Shown here: positions 26,318 through 28,514 of the stretch, one piece after another | Numbering within the stretch: position 1 is the first letter of the stretch | Layout of the letters: the number at the start of each line of letters is the position of its first letter | NCBI GenBank assembly: GCA_038872135.1 | Contig: JAVZGN010000004.1 | Location: forward strand, 1 to 28,514 | DNA from: Candidatus Hadarchaeales archaeon | GTDB lineage: Archaea > Hadarchaeota > Hadarchaeia > Hadarchaeales > Hadarchaeaceae | Length of the DNA stretch: 28,514 nt | Direction: 5' to 3' | Position numbers and translations under genes: made by a program | Notes under the pieces: generated by a model | Seen by the model: only the letters and a program-made list of their open reading frames with translations | Databases searched by the model: none | Told to the model about the DNA's origin: nothing

Positions 26318-26334
26318 CCAGCGGCCCCCACAGC
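26318..26334 (+). repeat. Degenerate direct repeat of the tRNA-Pro 3' end (att-like)
   Basis: CCAGCGGCCCCCACAGC versus CCAGCGGCCCCACCAGC at 24688-24704: 15/17 identical, first 11 exact. Confidence 0.55.
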
Positions 26335-26389
26335 ATAGGAATCCCCCTTCCTCCTCGCCTTCGCTATAAACTTTTGGAAGTATACAAGG

Positions 26390-26962
26390 TTAAACGACTC
26401 CCGCAGCCTCCAGAGCAAAAGTTATCCCAAAGGCTAAGAAAAGTAAGGCCGTCACGCATCTCAAATATTTTTTTGTTACAATCTTCTTTAGCTTCGAGCC
26501 CAAAACCACCCCAAAACTCATCAGCAAGAGATAAGCCAACCCAGCACCGGCGAGAACGGCATAGGGCGAAGCTTGGTTCGCGACCAACGCTAGAATCGCC
26601 ATCTGAGTCTTATCCCCAACCTCCATCATCGCAACCAACCCAAAGCTGAGCGCGAGAGAAGATTTCCCATCCCCGATCCTTTCTTCATTCTCTTCACACA
26701 GAAAAGTGTACACCCCGTAGGCAAGAAAAATTGCCGCACCAAAAGCTGCCAGGAGCCATCTGGGGAGAATGCTACCGATAGCCACCCCCAGGAGAGCGCT
26801 CGCACCATCAACTAAAAGAATTGCAGCCATCGCCCCAAGAAAAACCTGCAGTGGCGGGTGTCTGGCTGAAAGGGCGATCACCGCAAGCTGGGTTTTATCC
26901 CCAAGCTCCGCCACGCCAACTATTCCAAAAGCTGCAATCAGTGAGCCGAGTTCCAAAATCAT
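26390..26962 (-). CDS. GDT1/TMEM165 (UPF0016) Mn/Ca transporter
   Basis: Two E-x-G-D-K-T-Q motifs (AELGDKTQ, MEVGDKTQ) and about six hydrophobic helices. Confidence 0.93.
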   Translation of the reverse strand: MILELGSLIAAFGIVGVAELGDKTQLAVIALSARHPPLQVFLGAMAAILLVDGASALLGVAIGSILPRWLLAAFGAAIFLAYGVYTFLCEENEERIGDGKSSLALSFGLVAMMEVGDKTQMAILALVANQASPYAVLAGAGLAYLLLMSFGVVLGSKLKKIVTKKYLRCVTALLFLAFGITFALEAAGVV

Positions 26963-27828
26963 TCCCTCTTCGATTCCCCATGTGGCTCTATATGAACGAC
27001 AACAGAAGCCAGCCCATCAATCTCCCTCTTCAGATGTTTTTCAACGGCTGTGGCTATCTCGTGAGACTTGCGCGTGCTCAGCTTTCCATCGACTGTGATG
27101 TGAATGTCCGCAAAAATCTTCGGCCCCACGACCCTCGCCCTGCAGCTGTGGGCAGAAATCACTCCTTCGATTTCCCTGCTCTTGCGCCTCAGGGTTTCCA
27201 TTATTTTTCGCTCCGGGCTCGCCACCATGAGAACATTCACGGCCATGCGACCTATGGAAAGTCCCCAGTAAAATATGAGGATGGAAATCCCCATGGCCAC
27301 AAGCCCGTCTGCCCAGAGATATCCCGCCCCAACTGCAATTATCCCGAAAAGGGTCGCAGCAGCAGCAATAGAATCTGAAAGAGTATGCCGGCCGTCAGCC
27401 ACGATGGCACTGTTATTTATCTTTCGCCCAACTCTTATCTTCAAGAGTCCGAGCGGGCAGAAGGTTAGAATGGCGATGAGTGGAATAAAAACCATTTCAG
27501 CTCTTGGAGATGAAATCAACGGGAAGTACATCCTTTCAACGGCTGAAAATGCTATTCTGATTCCCATAAGTCCTAGCAAAACCCCTAGAAAAAGCGAGGC
27601 AAATGTTTGTGCCTGCCAATGCCCATAAGGATGTCCCCTGTCAGCTCTGCGCCTTGAAATCACCAGGCTGGCCAAGACGCCAACCGATGTGAGGGTGTCG
27701 GTGAGAGCATCCACTCCAGCGGCGGCAAAGGCAACACTGCCAAAAACTCCCGAAGAAAAAATTAGGATGACACCAAGGGCTGTGGTTGTGGCTATTGAAA
27801 CAACCGTTATCTTTTCAGCCGTTTTCAT
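26959..27828 (-). CDS. Cation diffusion facilitator (FieF-like) transporter
   Basis: DALTD, ADRGHPYGH, IVADGRHTLSD, DIHITVD...SHEIA, VVHIEP. Start moved to ATG 27828. Confidence 0.92.
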   Translation of the reverse strand: MKTAEKITVVSIATTTALGVILIFSSGVFGSVAFAAAGVDALTDTLTSVGVLASLVISRRRADRGHPYGHWQAQTFASLFLGVLLGLMGIRIAFSAVERMYFPLISSPRAEMVFIPLIAILTFCPLGLLKIRVGRKINNSAIVADGRHTLSDSIAAAATLFGIIAVGAGYLWADGLVAMGISILIFYWGLSIGRMAVNVLMVASPERKIMETLRRKSREIEGVISAHSCRARVVGPKIFADIHITVDGKLSTRKSHEIATAVEKHLKREIDGLASVVVHIEPHGESKRE

Positions 27829-27992
27829 TGTGTCTTCCCTCGACAGAAGAAGATATAAGGATTTTGAGAAATCGCGGCTTTTTCTGTTCAGTTCCTTCGC
27901 GGTTGAGGAGCCGCTGAGCACGAGGGCAGAGTAAACCCTGCTCTCTTACTCTCTGATCCCAGCTCCCTCAACAGCTCCACAGCCCTTTCCAC
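27829..27992 (-). pseudogene. Remnant of a TrmB-family HTH regulator
   Basis: With one base added near 27958-27960 it reads MERAVELLRELGIRE*ESRVYSALVLSGSSTAKELNRKS, matching the TrmB N-terminal pattern L.elGl.eYEa.vY.aL...g..ta.el...s; TAA at 27946-27948 falls at the conserved Tyr; GAGGTGG RBS upstream. Confidence 0.65.
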
Positions 27993-28059
27993 GACCCCAC
28001 CTCTCCCACCGAGAATAGCTGGAGAAGGCTTAAATTTCATCACTGCAGGTGGTAAGTGA

Positions 28060-28514
28060 ATGAAAGAGATAGCGAAAACAGGATCTCTCTGCCCAGAGTG
28101 TTTGAAAATAATCCCCGCCACAATTTTCGAACAGGATGGCAAAGTCTTCATAAAGAAGAGATGCCAGGAGCACGGGGAATTCGAGGACGTCTATCTAGGA
28201 TCTTACGAGTGGTACCTAAGGGCCCAGCGCTTCGCCAGGGATGGGAGGGGGATTGAAAATCCTCAGGTGACAAAAGAAACCCCCGTCTGCCCAACCGACT
28301 GTGGGCTCTGCCGGCTTCACAAGAGTCAAACGGCGCTGGCAAATGTTGTTTTGACTAACCGCTGTGACCTGGCCTGCTGGTATTGCTTTTTCTATGCGGA
28401 ACGCCTAGGCTATGTCTATGAGCCAACACTGGATGAAATCTACGACATGTTGAAAATCCTAAAAGATGAGCGCCCCGTCCCCTGCAATGCAGTCCAGCTC
28501 ACTGGCGGGGAACC
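28060..28514 (+). CDS. tes: Radical SAM tetraether lipid synthase (Tes/GDGT-MAS family), 5' part (absent from the ORF track)
   Basis: Hand translation MKEIAKTGSLCPECLK...KRCQEHGEF...CPTDCGLCRLHKSQTALANVVLTNRCDLACWYCFFYA...YVYEPT...AVQLTGGE: rubredoxin-like site, auxiliary cluster motif and CxxxCxxC in the MJ0619/Tes arrangement. Confidence 0.85.
   Translation, partial: MKEIAKTGSLCPECLKIIPATIFEQDGKVFIKKRCQEHGEFEDVYLGSYEWYLRAQRFARDGRGIENPQVTKETPVCPTDCGLCRLHKSQTALANVVLTNRCDLACWYCFFYAERLGYVYEPTLDEIYDMLKILKDERPVPCNAVQLTGGE

Noticed and set aside
18-28342. Numerous antisense or alternate-frame ORFs in the track (e.g. 18-464, 14532-15068, 17335-17937, 19052-19693, 20450-21028, 26821-27378)
   Set aside because: They overlap well-supported genes or tRNAs and show no recognisable motifs.

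Overview
Archaeal chromosomal window. Evidence: rpl18e-rpl13-rps9-rpoN, SRP54, three archaeal-type tRNAs and GGTGA-type ribosome-binding sites. SepRS, form III RuBisCO and tetraether synthase together suggest an anaerobic euryarchaeal-type lineage such as Hadarchaeota; this placement is inference only. Contents in order: a type IV pilin-like surface operon with an embedded Zn-dependent PLC/nuclease-family enzyme; divergent thi4/nadA; an MNT-HEPN pair beside tRNA-Arg; a stand-alone LigD-type primase-polymerase; an endonuclease V lacking one catalytic Asp; sepS; translin; SRP54; sugar-nucleotide genes; ribosomal genes; a ybhB-rbcL-kinase operon; tRNA-Pro followed by an archaeal ATPase; GDT1 and CDF metal transporters; a TrmB remnant; and the 5' part of tes. 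The most unusual signal is two non-CRISPR arrays of 16-bp near-palindromes sharing the core ACACGTGT (15303-15478 and 21358-21709). The first starts exactly at the stop codon of an orphan Cas2-like gene. Two small integrase-free cassettes are each bounded by a degenerate copy of the neighbouring tRNA 3' end. All calls come from reading motifs by eye; no searches were run.
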